DNA from: a virus
Virus record (IMG/VR): IMGVR_UViG_3300025141_000040
Span: 1 to 64,000 of that record
Reading direction: 5' to 3' (one strand)
DNA: 64,000 bases
Below are positions 8,523-17,259 of the stretch, piece by piece; the stretch's first letter is position 1; the number at the start of each line of letters is the position of its first letter. Under the pieces are notes generated by a model. That model saw only the letters and a program-made list of their open reading frames with translations. It searched no databases and had not been told where the DNA came from. A program made the translations under genes and the position numbers.

Positions 8523-9608
8523 CTACGGGTCGTTGGGCTCGACCACGAAGGACACCGCAACCGGCTCCGTCTTGCGCGGCGTGTCGGACAGGCGAACCGT
8601 GCCGTTCGCCAGGAGCGTCAATCCGGTGATGTTCCACTCGCGCATCCACAGGGCGACAAACCCGATCTCATCGCGGACGGTGGCGGTCGGATCGTCGTCG
8701 GTCGGGACCGAAACCGGGGGCGTCCCGAAGTGCGCGGAGTAGGGGGGAAGTGGGAAGCGGGTGGGCTGGACGACGGCCTTGGGCCGGTGGTGCCAGCAAC
8801 TCTCGGCGTCGGCAGCGATCAAGCGGGCACACGGCTTGCCGTCCGTTCGATTCGGGGCCGCGCACCGCTTCCGGGGGGAGGGGGAAGGGGGGAGGTTGGC
8901 AGTACGGGCTGGTTCGTCCGGCAAGGCGAGGTCCACCACGGGCGCAAGCATCCCTGCCTTCAGTGCCTTCAGCGCCAGGAACGCGGCACGCCCCCGCTCC
9001 TGCGTTTCGTCCAGGGTGGGGGAGCCGTGGAAGGCGCGGTCGGCGCGGTCGAGCAGTCCGTACCGGCGTCCCAGGGACGCGGGGTAGCGGTTGACGACGC
9101 GGGTGTCCTTGGTGGTGGCGAAGCGTACCGCCTGCGCGGTGAGTCCGAGGCGCAGCGCAATCTCGCCGGGGAGCAGCGGCCCGTCCGCCAACGCGGCGTA
9201 GCAACGGGCAGCGAGGGTGCCGGAGGCAGGGACGTGCGTACCCCGCGTCTCAGGGACGCCGGGGACCGAGGCCAGGGGGAAGGTGTCCGCCACCTTGGGC
9301 GGCTCCGCTAGGAACCCTCGCGTGCGTAGCTCCTCGATCAGCTTCGTAGTCCCATTGCCCGAGATCAGCGTCCGGCCTTTCTGCTTCGACCACGCGGCGA
9401 GCGTGGGCTGCGACGTGTGGGACGCGCTCGCGGTGCGGTAGAGGATCACGTCCACCGTCACCGGGATCGACGTGGCCGCGCCGCCGAGCATGATTGGCTC
9501 GACCCCGGCTTTCCGCAGGGCAGCGACGAGCCCCTTCGCGTGCGCGGGTTTGGAAACGATCCCGATCCGAAGGGACGGGGGGACGGGGGCAAGGCGCAGA
9601 GCGGACAT
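8523..9608 (-). CDS. Hypothetical protein, DUF2325-like N-domain plus Cys/His cluster; possible regulator
   Basis: ATG 9608 with GGAGGA 5 nt upstream. The N-region IGIVSKP...VDVILYRTASASHTS...GRTLISGNG resembles DUF2325. A C-x12-C-x11-C-x-HH cluster lies in the C-terminal third (around residues 267-295 of 361). Confidence 0.7.
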   Translation of the reverse strand: MSALRLAPVPPSLRIGIVSKPAHAKGLVAALRKAGVEPIMLGGAATSIPVTVDVILYRTASASHTSQPTLAAWSKQKGRTLISGNGTTKLIEELRTRGFLAEPPKVADTFPLASVPGVPETRGTHVPASGTLAARCYAALADGPLLPGEIALRLGLTAQAVRFATTKDTRVVNRYPASLGRRYGLLDRADRAFHGSPTLDETQERGRAAFLALKALKAGMLAPVVDLALPDEPARTANLPPSPSPRKRCAAPNRTDGKPCARLIAADAESCWHHRPKAVVQPTRFPLPPYSAHFGTPPVSVPTDDDPTATVRDEIGFVALWMREWNITGLTLLANGTVRLSDTPRKTEPVAVSFVVEPNDP

Positions 9609-9648
9609 TGGAGTCCTCCGTGGGGTTGACGCATCAGTAAGCTCCGTC

Positions 9649-9677
9649 ACCCTAAGTCACCCTTGCCTAACTGTCAA
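9649..9677 (-). promoter_or_regulatory. Promoter TTGACA-N17-TAGGGT for gene 8523..9608
   Basis: Exact consensus -35 and a TAnnnT -10, about 40 nt upstream of ATG 9608. Confidence 0.5.
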
Positions 9678-9720
9678 GCCAAGCGATTCTATGCGCCTTT
9701 CCGCGCGTCCGCGCGTGCTG

Positions 9721-9770
9721 TTCGATGCCGTTCGATGCCGTTCGATGCCGTTCGATGCCGTTCGGTGCGG
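9721..9770. repeat. Tandem 10-bp repeat (TTCGATGCCG x4 plus degenerate TTCGGTGCGG), iteron/operator-like
   Basis: Four perfect copies. The array lies midway between the divergent promoters at 9649-9677 and 9814-9842. The period equals one helical turn. Confidence 0.8.
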
Positions 9771-9813
9771 CTCCGGGGGCGCACTTCGTTATCAGTATGT
9801 CCGCTTTCCATAT

Positions 9814-9842
9814 TTGCGTATCACAACGAGAGTCGGTAGTAT
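9814..9842 (+). promoter_or_regulatory. Promoter TTGCGT-N17-TAGTAT facing the cysteine desulfurase / giant ORF operon
   Basis: Lies in the only AT-richer stretch (9781-9860) of this intergenic region. Confidence 0.5.
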
Positions 9843-9957
9843 CCCCTCAGTAACTCCCCTCTCCGTGGGTGAGGCACCAGTCAGCCCGTCCGGCCCCGGT
9901 CCCTTCACAGGGTCGGGGTCGAGCCGGTTGTAGAGAGTCCCTTTGGGCTCGCTGCGG

Positions 9958-9963
9958 TAGACT
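9958..9963 (+). promoter_or_regulatory. TAGACT -10 box exactly 7 nt before GTG 9971 (candidate leaderless start)
   Basis: There is no SD in front of GTG 9971. The same TAGACT-N7-start geometry occurs at 18309 and 32921. Confidence 0.4.
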
Positions 9964-9970
9964 TGCGCGC

Positions 9971-11065
9971 GTGAAGCGCGTCTACCTCGATCACAACGCC
10001 ACCGCCCCTCTCCTCGCGTGCGCGCGAGAAGCTATGGCGCGGTGCTGCGATGGGAATCCTGACTCCGACCATGCCGAAGGCCGACGTGCGAAAGCGGCCG
10101 TGGAGGGGGCGCGCAGTCACGTCGCTCGCCTCATTGGTGCAGACCCCGGTGAGATCATCTTCACCAGCGGCGGAACGGAGGCGGACAACATGGCCCTGCT
10201 TGGAGTCGGCGGGACGCCGATGATCTCGGCGGTGGAGCACAAGGCCGTGCTCGTACCCGCGACCGACCTTGACGGGCGCGTCCTCCCGGTGGACAGCCTG
10301 GGGCGGTTGAACCTGGGCGAAGTCGAGCAGGCTGTTCGCAGACACCGCCCTGCCCTGGTCAGCGTCATGCAGGCGAACAACGAGATCGGGAATCTCTACC
10401 CGGTGGGACGCATCGCGCGCATCGCGCACGGCTACGGAGCCCTCTGCCACACCGACGCGGTGAACGCGCTCGGCAAGATCCCCGTCAACGTCCACGCCCT
10501 CGGGGTGGACCTCGCCAGCTTCAGCGCGCACAAGATCGGCGGTCCCAAGGGAGTCGGTGCGCTCTACGTTCGTGCGGGCCTCGACCTCCCGGCCTTGGTA
10601 CGCGGGGGCGGGCAGGAGTCCGGCCACCGGGCAGGGACGCCGAACGTCCCCGGCATCGTGGGCTTCGGTGCCGCCGCCTACTCGATGTGGCGGTTCCTGC
10701 GGCGGGACGGGTCCACCCTGCTCGGGCAGCATCGGGATGCGCTGGAACGCGGCGTCCTCCGGCACGTCCAGGGCTCTCAGGTTGTCGGGAACACGCGCGC
10801 AGGCGGGCGGCTCCCGAACACGACGACCATCGCGTTCGCCGGGGTCAAGCCCACCGACCTCGTACACGCGCTGGACCGACTCGGGGTCGCCGCGTCCTCG
10901 GGCTCGGCCTGCGGCTGCAAGAATCCCGGCCCGTCCCACGTTCTGAAGGCAATCGGCTGCACGGGGGCCGTCCGGTTCTCCTGCGGGCCGGGAACCACGC
11001 ACGGGGCCGTGAGATCCGCCGTGGGCGCAATCAGCGAATCCGTCGAAGGGCTACGCAGTCGATGA
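9971..11065 (+). CDS. Cysteine desulfurase (NifS/IscS family, class V aminotransferase)
   Basis: VYLDHNATAP N-terminus. PLP lysine lies in SFSAHKIGGPKG and the catalytic Cys in ASSGSACG. GC3 is low upstream of GTG 9971, so the 34-codon track extension is rejected. Confidence 0.9.
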   Translation: MKRVYLDHNATAPLLACAREAMARCCDGNPDSDHAEGRRAKAAVEGARSHVARLIGADPGEIIFTSGGTEADNMALLGVGGTPMISAVEHKAVLVPATDLDGRVLPVDSLGRLNLGEVEQAVRRHRPALVSVMQANNEIGNLYPVGRIARIAHGYGALCHTDAVNALGKIPVNVHALGVDLASFSAHKIGGPKGVGALYVRAGLDLPALVRGGGQESGHRAGTPNVPGIVGFGAAAYSMWRFLRRDGSTLLGQHRDALERGVLRHVQGSQVVGNTRAGGRLPNTTTIAFAGVKPTDLVHALDRLGVAASSGSACGCKNPGPSHVLKAIGCTGAVRFSCGPGTTHGAVRSAVGAISESVEGLRSR

Positions 11066-11067
11066 CC
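11040..11067 (+). repeat. 28-nt start-site cassette, copy 1 (CCGTCGAAGGGCTACGCAGTCGATGACC)
   Basis: Contains the nifS-like TGA and the giant-ORF ATG. Confidence 0.9.
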
Positions 11068-14000
11068 GCTTCCCCTCTACGGGTCGAGCATTCGGGCACC
11101 CAGGACTTCCCCGCGTGCCCCGCAGGTTGGACAACGGACGGCTGGCCGTTCTTTGAGGACTACGCCGACGACTGGGACGAGCCCTGGAACCACCCCGGCA
11201 TCTGGCACGTCACGACCGCCGCCGAGGAGGTAGCGCAGGACGGTCGCCTGCTCTCGCGCCGTGAGCTTGCCGCGAAGGGGATCACGACGGCGGGCTTGGG
11301 CGGTGGCACGGCAAACGTCGCCTCCAGCAAGATCAGCGTGACCACGAATCCGCACGCCGCGCAACGGGTCTACCGAACGATGCAGATCGCAGCCCTGGCC
11401 GCACAGAACCGGCTCCCTGCTTGGCGGGTCGCAGCCGAGGCACTGAAGTCCAGCAGGGTTGAGGATCTGCTCTACGAGGTCGCAGAACGTGACACCTACT
11501 TGTGGGAGGCGCAGGGTGACCGTGAGGATGATGCGGCGCGGCTCCGCGACGATCTAGCCAATCTGCTCGACGTTGGCACCGAGGATGCCGTCGCCACGCC
11601 CCAGGAGCTTCGTGCCGCTGCGAACGCGCTGGAACGGACCTTCTACAACGGAGAGGCCAAGTATGGCTTGCTCCAGTCCATCGAGGCTATCGGCACCGAG
11701 GCGCACCAGTACGTCATCGAGTCCAACGAGAGCGCGGTCGCCCCGGTCGGCTTCACGGAATCGTGGTCGAAGTGGGCAAAGGTCAACCCCCGGAACATTC
11801 GCCTCCTCCGGCTCGCCGCGTGCCCCGGTGCGCGCGTGAGGATTGAGCCTTCCGAGTCCGAGCTTCGGTTCGACCCCAAGGATCTGCGTGTCGTCGGCGT
11901 CGAGTCGTTGAAAGGACTCACGAACCTTACAGAAGCCCCCAAGAAGCTACGGCTGCGGAACCCCGCCCGTCGAAGGACTACGAAGTCGATGACCACAACT
12001 ACGCCAACCCCATCGACACTGCCGTCCGACTCGCTGCCGCCGACCAAGCCCCGTGAGATCCTCGCAGCGCACGGGATCGGGGTGGGCGACGTGGTGACAG
12101 CCGTGTTTCGGGGGGCGACCGTCTCCGGTGTTGTAAGGAAGATCAACCCAACGTCGGTCTTCGTTGGACAGCTTCAGTGGCCGGACAGCTACACCAACAA
12201 GCGGTGGGACAAGATTTCGATCCCGCCTCACGACATTGAGGGCATCGAGGCCCCGGACTACGAGGTCGATTTCCTGCGACACGCCCACCACTTCGGGCTG
12301 GCCGCAGGCGACCTGGGGCGGGAGTTTCCGATCCATAACACGACCTTCCGCGTCGTCGGGCTCAACATCGCTCTCAAAGATCCCGTCCTGATTCGTCAGG
12401 TAGGGGGGTCCACCGTCCAAGGCCCTGTCTTTCGTCACGGTGCCGCACAGATCGCGGCGGCGCTTTCAACCATCGACCGTCGAAGGACTACGAAGTCAAT
12501 GACCGACCCAAGACCCGTGCAGTCGTCAAGCGCCCCGCAGATCCCCGCCGAGTCCGACCTCACCTGGGTCGCAGGCAGGCACCGCAGGGGCTACAACCCG
12601 CACTACCCCGTGGATCGGGCCACCCTCCCGAACGGCGGCGAAGTCATGCGGGCAGGCAGCGCGGGTCGCCTCTACCCCCCGTACCAGATCAGCCGGTTCC
12701 CTGGCGTCGAGCGCAGGCGGTTCTCAGAGAGCACGTTCGCGGACGCCTACGCCGCAGCCCTGGCCGCGCAGGCAGCAGCCGCCCCCTCCAAGCCCCTCGC
12801 GGATCTCCCCGCCGATCTCTCGGCCGGTCTGAAGCGCGCGATCAAGGGCGCGTACCCGAAGTCGGCCAAGGAAGCGAAGCTGGTCCTGACGCACCTGGGC
12901 GTTGGCATCATCCCGTTCAAGCAGGGTCGGAAGTTGATGGGCTACGACCTCGCGCTCCCCGAGGGCGCGGGCCTGGGCTTCGACTACTACTCCCCCCGGT
13001 CCTCGCGCTCCCGTGGGATCGACAAGACCGCGCTGTGGGGGCAGGGCTACACGTCCGACCCGGAGGCGGAAGCCGCCCGCCTGATCTTCATGGAGTGGCT
13101 GAAGAACGCCGCCGCCGTGGCCTTGGGCGGCGACGTTGCCGAGAAGCTGGCGCGCAAGGCGCAGGGACTCCCGATGGAGGCCCGGAGCGCCGACCCGGCC
13201 GTGCGGACGTGCGGCGCGTGCTGGCGGGACATAAAGGCGACTGCGACGAAGTTTCAAGGCGGGCGTGACCCCGCAGGGCACCGCCACGGCACCAACCTCT
13301 ACCTCGTAGATCACGGCTACACGATCAAGTGGGGCCGCACGGGATCGTGCCCCGGAGTGGCGACCCTCCCTTGGGAGGAGTCCGACGAAGCCGCACGGTT
13401 GGAGATCACCGCGCTCCTGTCGGTCAGCACCCACGTCACCGCCGAATGGCGGAAGTGGACGGGCTTTGTCGAGCAGTACGACGCCGGGAACACCAAGGGC
13501 CTCCCCGGTATCCCGAAGCGGGGCGACCGCACTTCGCCCTACGGCGTCAAGCCCGTCGAGTACGAGGAGATCATCCTGCGCCCCACGGGCGACACCAAGT
13601 ACGAGTGGCGGGACAAGGCCGCGTATGCCGAGGCCGACGCCCTCCGTTTCCTGCGGGACAAGCTCTGGTCAAAGCACTTCGGGTCCATCCCCTACATGCG
13701 CGCAGCCCTGCGTGAGTGGGAGCCGCAAGCCGCCGACGTGGTTCCGGCCAAGGGTCCGCCCTGGATCAAGGCGTTCCAGCCCGAGGACTTCGCCGGGAAC
13801 CCGTTGGCTGGCGACGACGACCCGAGCGCCCCCGAGCCGGAGCCCGAGCCGGAGCCCGAGCCGACGCCCGAGCCCCTGCCCGCCCCGGCCCCCACGCCTG
13901 CCCCGGCCCCGCCCCCGCCCGAAGGAACCCCGCTCCAACTGCGGCTCGCGGTGCTGTGGCGCGGCGCGAAGCCCCCCGAGAAGATGCCCCGGTGGATCAC

Positions 14001-17000
14001 CAACCTCCGAGGGAAGGGGCCGAAGCGCGCGTTCCGCGATCTGAAGATGGACGTGCTGATGCCCTACGCGGACGCCGTTCAACTGTTCACCCCGGAAGGG
14101 CTGACGGATCTGAGCGACAAGGTGGACGCCCGCATCGCCACCGAAGCTGCGAAGCTCAAATGGGACCGTGGCTACCTCCTGCGCGCCACGGTGTCCGTGC
14201 CGAACCTGATCCACAATGACACCGGACGCAGGCGAGCCCTGTTCACCCGCGACTACTGGCACGACAAGATCAGCGCCGATCTGAAGCGGGGCGGGTGGAT
14301 CGTGGGCCGAACGGCCCTGGGTCGGCCGCTCTACGAGTTTGTGTTGCAGGATCACGCCACGGCCGAGCCCACACCCCCTACACCGCCTGCTCCTGCCCCG
14401 GCAGTCGAGGAGCCCCCCACTATGCCCGCCACCGCCTCGTTCGACTACCCCATCGATCCCACGGAAACGTCCCGCACCGAGGCGTGGTTCCGTGCGTTGT
14501 TCAACGCCTACGACGGGCAGCTTGACCAGCCGTTCCTGGCGACCGCGATGAAGTCGCAGTTTCCGCGCCTGGGGAAGCCGAACGTGCTCGCCACGTTCAC
14601 GCAGCTTCGCGGGTCGAACCAGATCGTGAAGGGTGAGGGAGCCGCGTGGATCTGGCCGGACCTCCTCCCGGCCGCGCAGGACGACAAGCTGCTGGCCGAC
14701 CTGGGCGTGGCGACCGGGGGCGGAAACAACGAAGACCTCGCCGCGCTGGACGTGGATGACCCCGAGCACCCCGAGCTTCCCGAGCTTCCCGAGCCCGTGA
14801 CCCCCGCGCCCTCTGGCCCACGGCCTGCTCCGGCTCCCCCGGATGAAGGCTTGACCGAGCACCCCGACCCGACCGCAGCGCCCGCGCTCCCCATGCCGTT
14901 CACCCCGCTCCCCGGCGTGACGTGGGTGGACCCCGCGCTCTACGGCTGGACGTGGCTGGAAGGGCCGCACAACACCAGCCTGACGCTGCGTCCGTGGGGC
15001 AACGCGCCCGACTCTTTCATGGTGGTCGAATCGCTCGCGGGCGAGGACGTGGGGCAGTCCTACTTCACCAAGAACGGCGTGCAGGGATCGGCCCCTGGTG
15101 GCAAGGCAGCGGCCTACGCTCACATGGAGGAGTTGGCTCGCAGCCTCGCGGCCGTGACCCCCGCGCACACGGGCTCCGCGACCCCGACCCCCGCCCGTCC
15201 GGCCGTGCCCTTCGCCAACAACGAGATACCGGACGTGGTGTCGATGGCGAAGGGAAAAGTGGGCGACGGCTGGCCCTTCCCGATCAGTGCGGACGTGTCC
15301 GGCATCGTCAGCAAGGTCGGGCGCAGGCAATGGCTGGTGAAGCCGATCAAGGAACAACCGTACGAGATCCCACGCATCGGAGGCACCGCCACGGGCGCAA
15401 AGACCGCGAACAGTGCCTCCGATGCGTGGGATCTCGTACAGGAGTTGATCACGCACGGCGGCGTGTGGGCCTCCGGGTGGACGCCCCAGGTGTCCGGCGA
15501 TCCCCACCGTACCGAGTGGCAGAACGCGGCGGGCTCCGAGGACGTGTGGGTCGAGCCCTGGACCGATTCGTGGATCGGGGTGGAAACCGGCACGCCGGGG
15601 TCGCAGTACCCCGACGCCTGGACGGTCGGCCACAACCCTCGCTACCAGACCGACTCCACGACGAAGTGGTACTTCAACGAGAACGGGAAGGGGGTCGCCC
15701 CCGGTTCCATGATGGGCCACAGCAACGGGGACCGCAGCACGACGCCGCGCTCCGGTGGCGCGCAAGCCGCCGCCGACTTCCTGATGCAGACGTGGAGGAT
15801 CGCCTGGACGCCCGGTGCGTACCCGCAGCCCGCGCCCCCGACTCCGGCCCCGCCGCAGCCCACGCCGCCGACTCCCGCGAAGCCGGGACGACCGACGACG
15901 CAGGCCGAGCTTCTGCGCCGGATGGTGGTGTTCCTGACGGACACCGCCGACAAGATGGAGGACGGCACCGTCACCGCCGCCCGAATGAAGGGGCTGGAAC
16001 GCCTGCTCGACGGTGCGTGGGACGCGCTGATGAAGCTGCCCCCCGCCGCCCCGCGCAAGGGGAACCGCAGGCGGAACCCCGGCCCCCGCAGGCGGAACCC
16101 GTCGTCGCCCGAGGGCGAGCCGTGGCAATGGGACGCCCGCCGCCGCGTGGAGGCCGCGTTCAAGGCGAAGTACGGAGTGGACCCGCTGCCCGCAGGTGAC
16201 CCCCGGATCAGCCAGTACACCGCGCCCTGGTTCCCGGTGTTCCACCTTCCGCGCCACCTGTTCCGGGCGCAGTATTACGACAAGCCCCTGTCGCGGACCC
16301 TCGGCAAGCTGTCGCTCCACAAGGAGGACTTGCCCGACAAGAGCTTCCTGCTCACCGCCGTCTTCCGGTCGCCATTCCCGGCGTTCCCTCCCGGTCGGCT
16401 GATCACGCTCGACGGTCGCGTGGGGTTCATCCAGAGGCAACCGGAGATCCGGCACTCCACCCACTACGGCAAGGACGGCAAGGGCGTGGCCGTCGAGACA
16501 TTCGACAACTTCTATCACGTCGGTTGGGACACGGGCATCGACTACAAGGTGCCGCCCGAGGCCCTGGCCGGGGCGACCTTGGTGCCCCTCGCGGACGCCT
16601 CCGACTTCGTTCCGGGCAAGGTGGTCTGGTCATTTGGAGGCCCGCAGCGCATCGAGCGCGTGAACACGACCCGGTACAACGGCTTGAAGAACGTGGAGAC
16701 TCCCGACCCCGAGGACTGGACGCTCTACTTCGTCGGCGGCGGTAGCTCCCTGGTTGGCCGTGATGGGCCGTCGAAGGTTCCTGCCGGAACCACCGTCACG
16801 CTGCTCCCCTCAAACGACCAGATCGTGCGCGTGATCTCCGGCCCCCACACCGGGTTGGTCGGCATCGTGAAGGCGGCGTCCGCCGCCTCCCTGACGCTCC
16901 GACTGCGCCCCTCGTACAGCCTGCGCCCGGTGCTCTCCCAGGTGGACGTGACCCTGACGGCCCCGGCGAACGGCGACTGGTGGACCGTGGTGGAACCGCT

Positions 17001-17256
17001 CACCGCCACCGAGTACCCGGAGTTGCACGCGGAAGTCCTGTCATGGACGAACGTGTACGAGAACGGCCAGTGGTTCATCGGGACCGTGACGGACAACGAC
17101 GCCGAGGGCAGCGACGACGACCGTGCGTACCGGGACGCGCACCTGATCGTGGAGGCTGCGGACGACCGCCGCCGCCGCTGGTTGGTGCAGCGGGTGTACC
17201 CGATCACCCGAGCCGAGTACAACACGACGCTGGCCTACATCGACCAGCACGGCTGA
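11062..17256 (+). CDS. Giant multidomain ORFan (2064 aa) with Pro/Ala/Thr linkers, translationally coupled to the cysteine desulfurase
   Basis: ATG 11062 overlaps the nifS-like TGA (ATGA). Open frame of 6.2 kb. PEPEPEPEPTPEP and PAPAP linkers separate the modules. I recognised no catalytic motif. Confidence 0.85.
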   Translation: MTASPLRVEHSGTQDFPACPAGWTTDGWPFFEDYADDWDEPWNHPGIWHVTTAAEEVAQDGRLLSRRELAAKGITTAGLGGGTANVASSKISVTTNPHAAQRVYRTMQIAALAAQNRLPAWRVAAEALKSSRVEDLLYEVAERDTYLWEAQGDREDDAARLRDDLANLLDVGTEDAVATPQELRAAANALERTFYNGEAKYGLLQSIEAIGTEAHQYVIESNESAVAPVGFTESWSKWAKVNPRNIRLLRLAACPGARVRIEPSESELRFDPKDLRVVGVESLKGLTNLTEAPKKLRLRNPARRRTTKSMTTTTPTPSTLPSDSLPPTKPREILAAHGIGVGDVVTAVFRGATVSGVVRKINPTSVFVGQLQWPDSYTNKRWDKISIPPHDIEGIEAPDYEVDFLRHAHHFGLAAGDLGREFPIHNTTFRVVGLNIALKDPVLIRQVGGSTVQGPVFRHGAAQIAAALSTIDRRRTTKSMTDPRPVQSSSAPQIPAESDLTWVAGRHRRGYNPHYPVDRATLPNGGEVMRAGSAGRLYPPYQISRFPGVERRRFSESTFADAYAAALAAQAAAAPSKPLADLPADLSAGLKRAIKGAYPKSAKEAKLVLTHLGVGIIPFKQGRKLMGYDLALPEGAGLGFDYYSPRSSRSRGIDKTALWGQGYTSDPEAEAARLIFMEWLKNAAAVALGGDVAEKLARKAQGLPMEARSADPAVRTCGACWRDIKATATKFQGGRDPAGHRHGTNLYLVDHGYTIKWGRTGSCPGVATLPWEESDEAARLEITALLSVSTHVTAEWRKWTGFVEQYDAGNTKGLPGIPKRGDRTSPYGVKPVEYEEIILRPTGDTKYEWRDKAAYAEADALRFLRDKLWSKHFGSIPYMRAALREWEPQAADVVPAKGPPWIKAFQPEDFAGNPLAGDDDPSAPEPEPEPEPEPTPEPLPAPAPTPAPAPPPPEGTPLQLRLAVLWRGAKPPEKMPRWITNLRGKGPKRAFRDLKMDVLMPYADAVQLFTPEGLTDLSDKVDARIATEAAKLKWDRGYLLRATVSVPNLIHNDTGRRRALFTRDYWHDKISADLKRGGWIVGRTALGRPLYEFVLQDHATAEPTPPTPPAPAPAVEEPPTMPATASFDYPIDPTETSRTEAWFRALFNAYDGQLDQPFLATAMKSQFPRLGKPNVLATFTQLRGSNQIVKGEGAAWIWPDLLPAAQDDKLLADLGVATGGGNNEDLAALDVDDPEHPELPELPEPVTPAPSGPRPAPAPPDEGLTEHPDPTAAPALPMPFTPLPGVTWVDPALYGWTWLEGPHNTSLTLRPWGNAPDSFMVVESLAGEDVGQSYFTKNGVQGSAPGGKAAAYAHMEELARSLAAVTPAHTGSATPTPARPAVPFANNEIPDVVSMAKGKVGDGWPFPISADVSGIVSKVGRRQWLVKPIKEQPYEIPRIGGTATGAKTANSASDAWDLVQELITHGGVWASGWTPQVSGDPHRTEWQNAAGSEDVWVEPWTDSWIGVETGTPGSQYPDAWTVGHNPRYQTDSTTKWYFNENGKGVAPGSMMGHSNGDRSTTPRSGGAQAAADFLMQTWRIAWTPGAYPQPAPPTPAPPQPTPPTPAKPGRPTTQAELLRRMVVFLTDTADKMEDGTVTAARMKGLERLLDGAWDALMKLPPAAPRKGNRRRNPGPRRRNPSSPEGEPWQWDARRRVEAAFKAKYGVDPLPAGDPRISQYTAPWFPVFHLPRHLFRAQYYDKPLSRTLGKLSLHKEDLPDKSFLLTAVFRSPFPAFPPGRLITLDGRVGFIQRQPEIRHSTHYGKDGKGVAVETFDNFYHVGWDTGIDYKVPPEALAGATLVPLADASDFVPGKVVWSFGGPQRIERVNTTRYNGLKNVETPDPEDWTLYFVGGGSSLVGRDGPSKVPAGTTVTLLPSNDQIVRVISGPHTGLVGIVKAASAASLTLRLRPSYSLRPVLSQVDVTLTAPANGDWWTVVEPLTATEYPELHAEVLSWTNVYENGQWFIGTVTDNDAEGSDDDRAYRDAHLIVEAADDRRRRWLVQRVYPITRAEYNTTLAYIDQHG
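11967..11994 (+). repeat. 28-nt start-site cassette, copy 2 (CCGTCGAAGGACTACGAAGTCGATGACC)
   Basis: In frame inside the giant ORF (RRRTTKSMT). Confidence 0.9.
12477..12504 (+). repeat. 28-nt start-site cassette, copy 3 (CCGTCGAAGGACTACGAAGTCAATGACC)
   Basis: In frame inside the giant ORF (RRRTTKSMT). Confidence 0.9.
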
Positions 17257-17259
17257 TCC

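Noticed and set aside
9721-9770. Possible CRISPR array at the 10-bp tandem repeat. Other tandem repeats (1-64, 42912-43139) were considered too.
   Set aside because: The repeats are contiguous with no spacers, and the units are only 9-24 bp. Most of them are in-frame coding repeats.
15370-15400. GGTATGAKT in the giant ORF, as a possible Walker A P-loop.
   Set aside because: It does not fit GxxxxGK(S/T), because Gly-Ala-Lys is in the wrong register. There is no Walker B nearby.
13669-16518. Very long ORFs opposite the genes I call. Examples: 13669..16518 (949 aa), 23050..25500, 26421..28265, 38525..40210, 40962..42392, 42450..44435, 46414..48492, 49254..50753, 54592..56856, 57287..59089 and 59276..60829.
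   Set aside because: They are Arg/Gly/Pro/His-rich low-information sequences lying antisense to genes with motifs, SD sites and GC3 near 90%. Such antisense shadow ORFs are expected in GC-rich DNA because stop codons are AT-rich.
16749-16759. A possible fourth copy of the 28-nt cassette (CCGTCGAAGGT).
   Set aside because: Only the first 10-11 nt match, and no ATG follows. This is most likely chance.
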